Source: an uncultured Lentisphaerales bacterium (lineage in GTDB: Bacteria > Verrucomicrobiota > Lentisphaeria > JABSQK01 > UBA12247). From it: a stretch of 64,000 bases of DNA. The translations under genes were made by a program, and so were the position numbers. Position 1 is the stretch's first letter. The number at the start of each line of letters is the position of its first letter. The stretch lies in assembly GCA_943788985.1 (NCBI GenBank), contig CALSSJ010000007.1:1-64000 (forward strand), read 5' to 3'. Positions 30,451-44,677 of this stretch are shown here, piece by piece. The notes beneath the pieces are model-generated. The model had not been told where the DNA came from. It made no database searches and was given only the letters and a program-made list of their open reading frames with translations.

Positions 30451-30650
30451 GGGCGCAAAGACGCTGCCTGCGCGCTGACTCTCTAGGCGGAGCCCCCTTT
30501 TCCGAGCAAGGCAACACCGTTGAGGTTTACCTGGGAGAGGCCCACGTCGGGTCGCTGACGCTCCGGCTCGAAGTCGGCGAAGAACAGCCAGCGGGAAATG
30601 CTGGCTGCAGCAATGCCATAATTGTGCTCGGCCTGACCTGCTGCGCTGCC

Positions 30651-31418
30651 CTACGCGCCTTCCTCCAATAGCTCAACTAGCTTCGCGGTCAGCGTCGGCG
30701 CGGCATAGTAGTCCAAGCGCCCCCAGATAGGACGCTCCCGCACACACTCCACCCGCAAGTGATCTCCCAGGCCCGTCCACGCCCTCGTAGCCTTGGCGGC
30801 CAGGACCACCGCCGTTATCGAGCCCTCCCCGTGCGCCGCCAATTGCTGCTCGAGACTCAAGCCCTCCAAGCCACGAGCCAGCTCTCCAGACACCCAGATG
30901 CCATCCAGGTCGACTGGCTCGCCAGCAGCCCACGCTCGGCGCAATTCCCGCTCACTTGTGCTGGCTTGACCGGCTCCTGCCATTTCCTTGATAAGCCTTC
31001 GACGGATCAACTCGCTCACCAATGCCCCGCCCTTAAGTAACGGGCTAATCAGGATCTTCCGCGCTGCCGGTAGCTCTAGCGCCAGATTGGCCCCTAAACG
31101 CAATCCCATCGCAACCTGTAAGTCTGCAGCGGACGAGCTGACCAACAGCTCCCACGCACGAGCTGCATCCGCCTGCCAATCCGCCAATGAGATTTCTCGC
31201 AGGTCACCAAAACTATCGCCTGTTCCAGCAAGGTCGATGTGCAGCACATCACACCCATTGCGCGCCAAGGTTCGTGCCAAGTGGCAGAGATAGCGATGGG
31301 TCGACCTCCGCTCTTCGCCGAATGCCGGCAACAACAGGATTGCCCGCTTTGCCGACTCCGCCCGATAGAAGCTGGCATACAGATCGCCGTCCGCTAGATA
31401 GCCTCGCTCAACCTCCAC
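30651..31418 (-). CDS. alpha/beta hydrolase-fold protein resembling exosortase-associated hydrolase 2
   Basis: LLPAFGEE, DLAGTGDSFG, WQAD, GLRLGA (Arg at the nucleophile elbow). Confidence 0.75.
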   Translation of the reverse strand: MEVERGYLADGDLYASFYRAESAKRAILLLPAFGEERRSTHRYLCHLARTLARNGCDVLHIDLAGTGDSFGDLREISLADWQADAARAWELLVSSSAADLQVAMGLRLGANLALELPAARKILISPLLKGGALVSELIRRRLIKEMAGAGQASTSERELRRAWAAGEPVDLDGIWVSGELARGLEGLSLEQQLAAHGEGSITAVVLAAKATRAWTGLGDHLRVECVRERPIWGRLDYYAAPTLTAKLVELLEEGA

Positions 31419-32323
31419 CGCACGCCCCCAGTAACCTCTGCGCATCTGCCCGGCTGGGAAGTGCATCGTCCGCCTCCCTGCTCGCCTTGACTGCCGCTGC
31501 TGCCGTCGCAAAACGCAAGGCTGCCCGAGTGTTCAGACCTTCCAACACAGCCACTGCGTAAGCGGCGTGGAACACGTCGCCGCATCCAGTAGTATCTCTT
31601 ACCTCTGCTTGTATCGCACCAAGATGCTCGACGCGCTCCTGGCCACGATCCCAATACCAGCACCCGCTTGCGCCGTCCGTTACCGCGATCATCGCATGCT
31701 GCGAACTCCGCAACTCTCGAACCGCCTCTGCCGCGCTCCCCGCTCCGCTCCAGTCGCAGGCAAACTGCGCCGGCAGGATCAGATGATCAACCAGACCAAT
31801 TAACTCCCCCAACTGCGATCCGACGCGGCGCTCGATATCGCCGAGAATGGGAACACCGGCGGCCTTCGCAATCTTCGCAGCGCGCACCATTCCGGGCACC
31901 CCAAAGTGATCCACCAGCAACATGCGCGAGCCTTGAATGATCTCTGCCGGTGGTTCGCCTAGCGCAGCCCCCCGTGCCTCCGGCACATCAGCCAGGATCG
32001 TTCGGGACCCCGTTACTGCATCCACCAGGATGACCGCGTGAACCGGTTGAGCCGTGGTCTCGCGTAGGGCGTGGGACACATCTACCCCCCCCCGCCACTA
32101 GTGAAGCGAGCACATAGGCTGAGCGGTCTGACCGGTCCAGCGCCCCCGCATACGCACAACGTAGCCCCATCCCTGCAGCGGTAAGAAGCGCGCGCCCCGC
32201 AAGCCCACCACAGACCCGCAAATGGCGAGTCATATAGGTCTTCGTGTCCGCAGCAGGGAAGTTCGGCAGGTAGGCAAGCTCGTCAACTGCTGTGGCACCG
32301 AGAGCGAGAAGGTCATATTTCAC
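31408..32323 (-). pseudogene. PfkB-family carbohydrate kinase, frameshifted at a G9 run
   Basis: N-half LGATAVDEL..GGLAGRAL; C-half VTDGASG, DTTGCGDVFHAA; break at C9 32085-32093. Confidence 0.8.
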
Positions 32324-32487
32324 TGCAAGAACCGACAGATTGATTGAATCAAAATTCAGCATTATAGTCCGCCGTGCAAAATGCACGGCGTTGCACCAAG
32401 TGGGCTTGTGGCTCAGGGGCTCGAATGCCCTAAGATCCACCACTCAATACCCAGCAGCCGGCTCCGAAATCGACGCATCGGCAGGGC

Positions 32488-32524
32488 AAAAAAAGGTCCC
32501 ACGCCGTGGGGACAGCGTAGGACC
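32488..32524 (-). terminator. rho-independent terminator of the rRNA operon
   Basis: GGTCCTACGCTGT-CCCC-ACGGCGTGGGACC followed by T7 on the minus strand. Confidence 0.85.
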
Positions 32525-32541
32525 GGGGGGGAAAGAAAAAA

Positions 32542-32659
32542 GGCTGGCGACGTGCTACTCTCCCATGACATTGCGTCATAGTACCATCGCCGCTGTGGAG
32601 CTTAACGACCGTGTTCGGGATGGGAACGGGTGTGGCCTCCACGCTATGATCACCAGCCA
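32542..32659 (-). rRNA. rrf: 5S rRNA
   Basis: GGCTGGTGATCATAGC...CCCATCCCGAACAC...GGGAGAGTAG...CGCCAGCC. Confidence 0.95.
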
Positions 32660-32820
32660 AAAACCTACAATTGGGTGTCGGACGGGAGCTTTCGCCCTGT
32701 CTCGTCAACGAACACCCTACACTTCACAATTTCACAACATATTTGCCTATGAGTAAGGCACTTTCTAGTTTTATTATTCGGCGCACTACTTTTTCATAGT
32801 CGCAATGCGACGAAGAAAAA

Positions 32821-35712
<2,892 letters not shown>

Positions 35713-35785
35713 AAAAAGTCTTCTTAGACCTTACAAATAGTCAAATTGCTATGAGATTGTTTTGTTAATTGTAGGTTTTCTTTTC

Positions 35786-35797
35786 TTTCAAAGAACA
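35786..35797 (-). promoter_or_regulatory. boxA antiterminator in the 16S-23S spacer
   Basis: TGTTCTTTGAAA on the minus strand. Confidence 0.7.
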
Positions 35798-36030
35798 CCA
35801 CCGCTTGCCCACGTATGAACCAAGCGGAAAATTGTCAGCGTATCACGGCCATTGCGGCTGGCGATACGGAACTGCCGAAGTCTAGCTTCAGCGGGTGTTC
35901 CTCAACAGCTGAGAAGTACGATATACAACTTGATGTCGTTGCCGACACCCACACCCAAAGATTGCTCCTTGGGGCTTGACCATCGAGGGGCTTTTCTGTG
36001 TGCAGAAAAACTGATCCTCGTGCTCCTTAA

Positions 36031-37540
<1,510 letters not shown>

Positions 37541-37671
37541 AAAAGTATAGAACCAAGGCTGTTATACCTTGATAACTTCGTTTGAAAAATTGAGTCTAGT
37601 GCATCGACCTACTGGCTGCAGGTCGATACGACTCATTTTGGTTATTGACGTTGTATATCGTACGTCTCATC

Positions 37672-37683
37672 TGTCAAAGAACA
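37672..37683 (-). promoter_or_regulatory. boxA in the rRNA leader
   Basis: TGTTCTTTGACA on the minus strand, upstream of the 16S processing stem arm. Confidence 0.65.
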
Positions 37684-37988
37684 CTGCCATTTTCGTCTGG
37701 CAAGCGTGTAAGATGCTCGTCATTTTTGAAGGCGCAAGCCGTTCTTCACCAGAAAGACAAATTTGGTCGCTTTTGGCTCAATTTAGCGTGTCATGATGCG
37801 GCGACGGCCTTCTGGATGCAGAGAGGCGAGGCGCCACAGTACCCAAGACGGCAATCGCCAGATTGCGCTGGTATTGGTCGCTGCATCAGACGAATGATTC
37901 AGGCTGATTCCAGCAATGCCGCTTGCCCCATCAGGAGGCGGGTTCTAGAGTTACTTTTTATCGCAGCCGATTCAGGTCCTCCTAGGAT

Positions 37989-39347
37989 ATGCCCCTCCCC
38001 CTCGCCATCTTCCTGCTGGTAGCTCTCACTGCGACTTCTCTAGTCCTCGGGCTGCTTTGCCTGCGCTTCACTCGGCGACTCGGTCAAGCCGAGCGAGCCA
38101 CCGAGCGGGCGCTCAAAGCCTGGGGGGAAGTTTCTAAGGCAATCAGCGAAGCGGTTGAGGATAATGCGGATAGCGCGCTCTGTCGCTTGGCGCGAACAAT
38201 ATCCAAGAGCCTGAAGTCGCCACACGTGTTTGTCCTGCGCAAGTTGGACGACACCATCCAGGAGCTCTATCCAGCGCATCACAACCTCGACGAACTGAAG
38301 CCTTGCGAGCGATCATCCTGTTCGTTCTTCTGGTCCGAGCGTCCCTTGGTCTTTGATCGCCCGGCATTCGAGGCCTGGCTACCATCGTTCAAACTGCCGG
38401 CAGATGACCTGCACGGGCTGTTCTGTCGGGTAGGCGACGGCGACGCACTGTGCTACCTGCTGGTGCTGCGGCCCAAGGGTGATCCCGCTTTCAGCAAGGC
38501 CGAGGCGGAGCGCATGCAGCGAATCCTGCGAATCGCCAATGTGCTCTTATTGATGCATGCTGGCCGCAAGCGAATTGCGGAGCTGGAGCAGCAGGTAGCG
38601 CAGGCGAGGGAGGAAGGTATGCTGGAGATTTCCACCGGCGTTATTCACAACGTAGCCAACGCGATTACCCCCATTGCCCTAGCGCTACAGGGTGAGGGCG
38701 GAAAGGATTTGGAAGATTGCCTGGCGGGGATCGGCTACGTCAACGAGCAACTTGCGAACCCAGATGACGACACGGGCCTAGACCCTTGCGCAGTCTTGGA
38801 GGAAACAGCGGCCGCACTAGAAAAGCACGCGGATTCCTGGACCTTCGCTGCCGATAAGATTCAAGAAGTGTCCGAACTCATTGCGCTACAACAACGTTAC
38901 ATTGGTGAGTTGGGTACCGAGGGCATCGTCAGCATTGACCAATTGGTCCAAGAGATTCAGCGTCTCTGCGTTCTTGCAGTCGAAAGCCACGGCCTAAGCC
39001 TGAAGATAGAGTCTGACGCGACGAAGGAGTTTCTGGGCGACGCGGCGGAGCTTCGCTTCATGATCCTGCGCATGATCAAAGTGGCAGTCGAGTCCTGCGA
39101 CGCAGCAGGCTGCTCTGGGGACATCACGATTCGCGCGCGGGATTGTAATAGCGAAGACGCCGTCCAGATCGAGATTGAGGACCAGGCACCCGGATACTAC
39201 TTCAAGGAGAACGGGTCAGACTCACGGACGCGGGAGTATCTTACCAGCCAGCAGTCGCTGGTCAAGTATGATGCCAAGCTGGAGGTACAGGGCGGCATTT
39301 CCGGCACGCGCGTGCGAATTACTCTGCCAGTGTATCAGGGAAAGTAG
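37989..39347 (+). CDS. membrane sensor histidine-kinase-like protein with degenerate ATPase domain
   Basis: N-terminal TM; H-box GVIHNVANAITPI; N/G boxes altered (RMIKVAVES, EDQAPG). Confidence 0.7.
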   Translation: MPLPLAIFLLVALTATSLVLGLLCLRFTRRLGQAERATERALKAWGEVSKAISEAVEDNADSALCRLARTISKSLKSPHVFVLRKLDDTIQELYPAHHNLDELKPCERSSCSFFWSERPLVFDRPAFEAWLPSFKLPADDLHGLFCRVGDGDALCYLLVLRPKGDPAFSKAEAERMQRILRIANVLLLMHAGRKRIAELEQQVAQAREEGMLEISTGVIHNVANAITPIALALQGEGGKDLEDCLAGIGYVNEQLANPDDDTGLDPCAVLEETAAALEKHADSWTFAADKIQEVSELIALQQRYIGELGTEGIVSIDQLVQEIQRLCVLAVESHGLSLKIESDATKEFLGDAAELRFMILRMIKVAVESCDAAGCSGDITIRARDCNSEDAVQIEIEDQAPGYYFKENGSDSRTREYLTSQQSLVKYDAKLEVQGGISGTRVRITLPVYQGK

Positions 39348-39514
39348 AAAAAGTAGACGTGTATGCAACTTGGGTAAAGCATCAGGCTCTTGGAACTCGC
39401 GCAACTTGGCGCAAGCTACAGTCAGATGCTTTGCGTTCTTTCGCAGCCATGCCGCCAACGCGACTGGGATCTAACTAGGCGCTTGCCTGGTGCTGTGCTC
39501 AACCACGGAAACGA

Positions 39515-39545
39515 CGATTGATGGACGCTGACCGCCCATCAATCG
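39515..39545. terminator. hairpin between convergent genes
   Basis: CGATTGATGG / CCATCAATCG 10-bp stem. Confidence 0.5.
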
Positions 39546-39566
39546 CCTTTGGCTTTTAGCGTTCGC

Positions 39567-40037
39567 TCAGTTTTTGCCGCGCTCGCGCTTAAATCCGCGG
39601 CGTTTTTCAGCCATGGCCCCGAGCTCCTCAGCATCAATTGCACCATCGCCATTGGCGTCGATCTTATCAAGATGGTCCTGCATCATTCCGGGGATTTCAT
39701 CGCCCTTCAAGACACCGTCGCCATCCGCGTCTTTGGCCATCATGCGTTCCACCATCTCTTCAGGTGAAGGGGGCTTCGGGCGTAGCTCTTCGCGGCTCAG
39801 AGCGCCGTCTCCATCCCTGTCCAAGGTCAGCAGCGCAGCAGATGCGTTCGCGATCTCAACTGCGGACACCGAGCCATCCTTGTCGGCATCCAGTGCAGCT
39901 ACCATCGGGCTTCCGCCTCCTCGGGGGCCGTGCATCCCACGCTTGCCTTTGTCTTTGCGCTTGCCTTCGTCCTTGGCACTGGCACCGCAGGCCAGCAGAA
40001 ATGCGATCAATGCGAGAAATGTGAGTGACGTACGCAT
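39567..40037 (-). CDS. secreted EF-hand protein
   Basis: Signal peptide; [48 protein letters not shown]. Confidence 0.88.
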   Translation of the reverse strand: MRTSLTFLALIAFLLACGASAKDEGKRKDKGKRGMHGPRGGGSPMVAALDADKDGSVSAVEIANASAALLTLDRDGDGALSREELRPKPPSPEEMVERMMAKDADGDGVLKGDEIPGMMQDHLDKIDANGDGAIDAEELGAMAEKRRGFKRERGKN

Positions 40038-40100
40038 AATGGCAGTCTCCTTGTTGGGTGGTTGTTCAAACCGGTATACGTAGCTCAAGGCCATTTCGTA

Positions 40101-40664
40101 TCAGGCTCGTCCTAGGAACTTGGCAGTGCGGGTGTCCACCTTGATCACCTCTCCCGCTGCCAGGTACTCCGGAACCTGTACGATCAGGCCAGTCTGCAAG
40201 GTCGCTGGCTTGGTCCGTGCTGTTGCGGATGCCCCCTTCATGGCTGGCGTAGTCTCTGTCACCTGCAGGTCAATGGTGTCTGGCAGCTCCAGCCCACGTA
40301 CGGCCCCGTCAATTACCAGTGCGTTCAGTTCCATATCTTCAAGCAGGTAGTTCAGCTCCTCCTCCAGCGTATCTTCAGGCATCTGAAAGTCGCTGTAGTC
40401 TTCTAGGTCTAGGAAGAAGCACGTTCCCTGCTTCCGATACATGTACTGAACCGGCCGCTTGTCGACCTCGACCTCTTCGAACGACTGGTCTCCCTTGCAG
40501 CTCTCACTCCGGTTCTGCCCGGAGAGCAGATTCCTCGCCCGGAACTTGTACAGCATGGTACCGCCGCGCGCCGACGGCGAATGCGCGGTGATCTGCTGAA
40601 TGACATGCGGCTGCCCAGCGAGCGTGATCGCGTCGCCCTTTTGAAGTTGGCTTGCTTGTTTCAT
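40101..40664 (-). CDS. yeiP: elongation factor P-like protein (EfpL/YeiP type)
   Basis: SPSARGG loop; KGASATARTKPATLQTGLIVQVPEYL..IKVDTR. Confidence 0.85.
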   Translation of the reverse strand: MKQASQLQKGDAITLAGQPHVIQQITAHSPSARGGTMLYKFRARNLLSGQNRSESCKGDQSFEEVEVDKRPVQYMYRKQGTCFFLDLEDYSDFQMPEDTLEEELNYLLEDMELNALVIDGAVRGLELPDTIDLQVTETTPAMKGASATARTKPATLQTGLIVQVPEYLAAGEVIKVDTRTAKFLGRA

Positions 40665-41134
40665 TGTATGTCTCCCTGTTCATCCCATTCACAAATACAG
40701 CCTATCGGCATCCAGAAGGAGTCGCCTTCTGCAGCGACATCCACCCATAAACCATCATCATAGGTCGCTAGATAGTGCTCATCCTCACCATAATTATTCG
40801 GCTGCCCATCCATCCAACCGGTAAACTCCCAGGCGGCCCCGTTGATCCAGCGCCAGTTGTCCTCTCGTTCTTCATCCGACGCCCCCAACGACAAGTAACG
40901 GCCCGCGGCGAGCTCCGCAATAAATGACTGCTCCCCGGCACTTTCGATCACCGCCAGGTATCCGCCCAGACTTTTGCAGTGCGCCCTCTTCTGATGCCAC
41001 GAACCAGCCATTTCAAATACCTTGTAGCGATGGCCCCCATGCTCCACACTTCCTTGCAGCGCCTCGGCGTCTGGCCGCTTCAGAGTGGTGCAACCGCAGG
41101 CCAACAAGGCCACAACAACAAGCCAGCGCATCAC
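40661..41134 (-). CDS. C-type lectin domain lipoprotein
   Basis: LACGC lipobox; GHRYKVF..W..C..LGGYLAVIES.EQ; WMDGQPNN; WVD; ICEW. Confidence 0.85.
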   Translation of the reverse strand: MMRWLVVVALLACGCTTLKRPDAEALQGSVEHGGHRYKVFEMAGSWHQKRAHCKSLGGYLAVIESAGEQSFIAELAAGRYLSLGASDEEREDNWRWINGAAWEFTGWMDGQPNNYGEDEHYLATYDDGLWVDVAAEGDSFWMPIGCICEWDEQGDIQ

Positions 41135-42261
41135 CCCACCTCCTTCATTGCTGCCACCATCCGCGCCAGAGCCTGCTCCAGCAGCGCCTTGCGACAGCCG
41201 AAATTCAGTCGCACAAAGCCTGGTTGGCCGAAATCCTTCCCGTCCGACAAGCCTACGCCCGCCCGCTCAAAAAACGCATGCGGATACTCCATGCCTGCGC
41301 CCCGGCAGTCCAGCCAGGCCAAATATGTGGCTTCGCCCGGCAGATAGCGGACACCCGGCATTGCGGACACCGCATCCACCACCAGCTGCCGATTCACTCG
41401 CAAGTATGCCAACAACGCCTGCCGCCACTCCTCGCAGTCTCGATAGGCCACCTCACAGGCGACAAATCCCGGCGCACTTACTTCCGCCAGCAGGCCACGG
41501 CCAGACCGCACGAACTTTCGCCGCAGCGCCCGGTTCGGGATCACAGCGAAGGCGCAGCACAGCCCCGGCACGTTGTAGGTCTTGCTGGGCGCCATCAGCG
41601 TGATCGTACGATCTGCGATCTCCGCAGAGAGCGAGGCGATCGGCAGATGTTGCACGTCATCCAGGAGCAAATCACAGTGAATCTCATCGGAGCACAGCAA
41701 CAGATCCCGCTCCAGGCACAACTCGGCGACCTGCTCCAGCTCAGGACGGGTAAATACCCGGCCCGTCGGGTTCTGGGGATTGCAGAACATGAAGGCGCTG
41801 CAAGCCTCGCGAATCTCGGACAGATCCAACGCGTAGCGCCCCTCCTCGATCGCAAGCGGATTCCGCACCAGCGTCCGGCCAGCATTTCCTGGGGCCGTAA
41901 GAAAGGGCGGATAGATCGGTACATTCGAGATTGCTCCTGAGTTCAGCTCGCCACTGATTCGCGTGACCACATTCAGCGCCGGAACCAGCCCGGGAAGCCA
42001 AACCAGAGCGTCCCCATCGATCTCCCACGCATAGCGCTCCTTAAGCGCGGCCACCATGACATCACGCAGCCCAGATGTCGCCACGCAGTAGCCCGGGACC
42101 CCGTCCAAAGCCCAGCGCTCCAGTGCGCTCACGATCTGTGGCGGAGGCTGAAAGTCCATATCGGCAACCCACAAAGGCAGGATATCCCGCCCCTGGTACT
42201 TCGCCCACTTCAGGCTGCCCGTGTGCTGCCGCGACGGCGCGCGGTCGAACCATTCGGTCAC
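41131..42261 (-). CDS. PatB/MalY PLP-dependent C-S lyase
   Basis: SLKW, PLWVADMDF, CNPQNPTGR, SDEIHCDL, APSKTYNVPG, RLNFGC. Confidence 0.92.
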   Translation of the reverse strand: MTEWFDRAPSRQHTGSLKWAKYQGRDILPLWVADMDFQPPPQIVSALERWALDGVPGYCVATSGLRDVMVAALKERYAWEIDGDALVWLPGLVPALNVVTRISGELNSGAISNVPIYPPFLTAPGNAGRTLVRNPLAIEEGRYALDLSEIREACSAFMFCNPQNPTGRVFTRPELEQVAELCLERDLLLCSDEIHCDLLLDDVQHLPIASLSAEIADRTITLMAPSKTYNVPGLCCAFAVIPNRALRRKFVRSGRGLLAEVSAPGFVACEVAYRDCEEWRQALLAYLRVNRQLVVDAVSAMPGVRYLPGEATYLAWLDCRGAGMEYPHAFFERAGVGLSDGKDFGQPGFVRLNFGCRKALLEQALARMVAAMKEVG

Positions 42262-42262
42262 G

Positions 42263-43636
42263 TTATTCGCCCCAAAACTTCTGGCCCCAGCTCGAGTCAC
42301 GGTCACCCGTGCTCACCGAAAGGGCTTCCATCCGTTCGCTTAGTTCGCTGCGCAGCGCAGCATGGTCTGCGGACTCCGCAAGATTCTCACACTCCCAGGG
42401 ATCCGCCTCGAGGTCAAACAGCTGCACCGTCTCGTTTCCATCCACCCGACAGCGAATCAGCTTGTGTTGCGGAGTTCGCACCGCCCGGTGCAGCTGCGTA
42501 TACGCCAGATACACCTCTTCCCGCAGAGGCTCGTTGCGAAACAGCGACTTCCCCTCCACACTCTCCGGAACCGGCAGCCCCGCCAAGTCACACAGCGACC
42601 CGAAGATCTGGTAGAGAAAGGCAAAGTCATCACGTGTTTCCCCCTCGGGAACTCCCGGGCCCGCAAAAATAAGCGGCACACGCACGGAGTGATCGTACAG
42701 ATTCTGCTTCCCCAGCAGACCATGCTGCCCGACAGCCAAGCCGTTGTCCCCAGCGAACACAATGATCGTACTGTCAGCCTTTCCCGTTGCTTCCAGCGCC
42801 TCCAAGACCTTACCGACACGCGCATCCAGGTGCGTGATCATCGCGTAGTAGTCCGCCAAGTGCTCGCGCATCTCCTGTTCCTTGCGCGGATACTGGGCCA
42901 GAACCTCGTCGCGAATCTGATGAACTCCTAGATCAAACGGATGCACCTGCCAGAAGTTATCAGGCAGCGTCAGCGCATTTTCGTCGTACATGTCCCGGTA
43001 CTGCTGCGGCATGCTCCGCGGATCGTGGGGGGCCAGGTAGGAAACATAGGCAAAGAACGGATCCTCGCTGTCGTATCCTTCCAGCCAGTCGGACACCGCG
43101 CCGGACAGCAGGTCCGTGGAGTGGGTACCGCCGTTGATATGATCGCAGCCACGATGCGCAACTTCCTTAGTCTTGAACGGGTCGACAATCAACGGGCAGG
43201 TCCCGTCGAAAGCACCAGTCGGGTCGTAGTCATACGCGGGCACGTTCCAGTGATCCGCCATGCCGCCAAAGAAGATCTCTCCCCCATCGCTGAAACTGCG
43301 CGAGTAGGAATTCTTGCCATTGTGCCATTTACCGGTCCCAAACGTCTGGTAGCCGTGTGCGCGCAAGTGTTCGCCCAGCGTCGTATGCTCCTGCGGGATG
43401 TGACTCCCACCGTCTGCGAGACGGAACAGCGAGCGACCGGAGTGCAGCATTGCACGGCTAGGCATACACACCGCGCCAGACGTCCCCCCGGGAATGTGCG
43501 CATGCGAGAAATGAGTGCCGCGAGCGAGCAGGGCATCCAAGTTCGGCGTCTTGATATCTGGATGACCGGCCGCAGCAATCGTATCGAAACGCTGGTCATC
43601 GGTGAAGAAAAACAGAATATTGGGGCGATCCGGCAT
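42263..43636 (-). CDS. Cys-type sulfatase
   Basis: PNILFFFTDDQR, CMPSRAMLHSGR, GKWH, APHDP, GDNG, LYDHSVRVPL. Confidence 0.95.
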   Translation of the reverse strand: MPDRPNILFFFTDDQRFDTIAAAGHPDIKTPNLDALLARGTHFSHAHIPGGTSGAVCMPSRAMLHSGRSLFRLADGGSHIPQEHTTLGEHLRAHGYQTFGTGKWHNGKNSYSRSFSDGGEIFFGGMADHWNVPAYDYDPTGAFDGTCPLIVDPFKTKEVAHRGCDHINGGTHSTDLLSGAVSDWLEGYDSEDPFFAYVSYLAPHDPRSMPQQYRDMYDENALTLPDNFWQVHPFDLGVHQIRDEVLAQYPRKEQEMREHLADYYAMITHLDARVGKVLEALEATGKADSTIIVFAGDNGLAVGQHGLLGKQNLYDHSVRVPLIFAGPGVPEGETRDDFAFLYQIFGSLCDLAGLPVPESVEGKSLFRNEPLREEVYLAYTQLHRAVRTPQHKLIRCRVDGNETVQLFDLEADPWECENLAESADHAALRSELSERMEALSVSTGDRDSSWGQKFWGE

Positions 43637-43772
43637 ATGGCCTCCAGAGTTTTCTCTCGCAGGAAGCCCATACCATCGCGCGTTCTTAAGGAAAAGAAAT
43701 CTGCGAACTCCGCAAACGCTCGACTTTGCGGTATCGTATGACCGAAACCCATCCCCTCCCGGAGCTCGATCC

Positions 43773-44504
43773 ATGACTCGCTTCCTCTTCCTGCTCGCTG
43801 CCATCTTCGTTGCCACCCCCTTCGTACTCGCAGATCGCGAGGATCGTAACGAGCACCGAGACCGCGGCCAGCGCGATTGGCATGACGAAGAGGAGCGAGA
43901 GGATGACATGGAGCGCTGGGGGGATGAAGACGAAGAGTGGGACGGGGACGACCTCTTCGAGCTCTTGGAGCAAGATCCAGCCCAAGCGATTGTGCAAATG
44001 GGCGCCTCAGCCGGGCTAAAGCCCGAGCAGGTACGCGCCTTGCTCGCCGATGCGATGCCACATCTGGTCAAGCAACTCGAGAAAGAACTGCGCAAGAACC
44101 CAGAGGAGGCCTTTGAGCTCCTCGAAGAGCTCGAGCGACTGTTCCATGAGTTCCAAGAACTGCGTGAAGTAGATCCAGAACTGGCGAATCGCCGCGCCGA
44201 GTATCACCGCCTGAAATACATGGCGCGCGGCATGGGGGCGCACGTCGAGCGTCTACGACGCCAGGCCCGACGAAATGCGTCGCCGCAAGTCAAGGAGGCA
44301 GCCGCCCACCACGAAGCACAACTCCGCAAGATGCTGAATCGTCTCTTTGAGCTTCGCCAGGAGCACACCACCTATGAAGTACAGGACCTTGAGGCAGAGA
44401 TCGAGGAGCTGAAGGAGCTCAAGCAAGAGCGCACCGAAAACCGCGAGGCCATTCTCGAGGGCCAGTTCCGCAAGCTCACGAGACGCAGCACGGATGACTG
44501 GTAG
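43773..44504 (+). CDS. secreted helical hypothetical protein
   Basis: Signal peptide MTRFLFLLAAIFVATPFVLA; acidic linker; coiled coil. Confidence 0.75.
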   Translation: MTRFLFLLAAIFVATPFVLADREDRNEHRDRGQRDWHDEEEREDDMERWGDEDEEWDGDDLFELLEQDPAQAIVQMGASAGLKPEQVRALLADAMPHLVKQLEKELRKNPEEAFELLEELERLFHEFQELREVDPELANRRAEYHRLKYMARGMGAHVERLRRQARRNASPQVKEAAAHHEAQLRKMLNRLFELRQEHTTYEVQDLEAEIEELKELKQERTENREAILEGQFRKLTRRSTDDW

Positions 44505-44555
44505 CGTGGAGTGTGATGGGGCAAGGTGGCCACTCTCTTGCGCGGAGGGCTTACT

Positions 44556-44579
44556 AGAGGCAGAGGCAGAGGCAGAGGC
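44556..44579 (+). repeat. (AGAGGC)4 tandem repeat
   Basis: agaggcagaggcagaggcagaggc, intergenic. Confidence 0.8.
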
Positions 44580-44677
44580 GGCCGGGTAAAAACCTCCGGA
44601 ACCTGCGTCTGGTTGCAACCACCGTGCTGACAACTACCGTACCGGCTTTTCAAATCTTGATATCCTAGTTGAAAGCG

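Noticed and set aside
30483..30640. Protein-like minus-strand frame AEHNYGIAAASISRWLFFADF...
   Set aside because: No start codon or RBS; too short to support
35713..36030. tRNA-Ile/Ala in the 16S-23S spacer
   Set aside because: No T-loop GTTCRA, cloverleaf or CCA pattern seen on either strand
40924..44061. Long antisense or alternate-frame ORFs (e.g. 40924-41940, 42941-43741)
   Set aside because: Shadows of patB and the sulfatase gene, expected in GC-rich DNA
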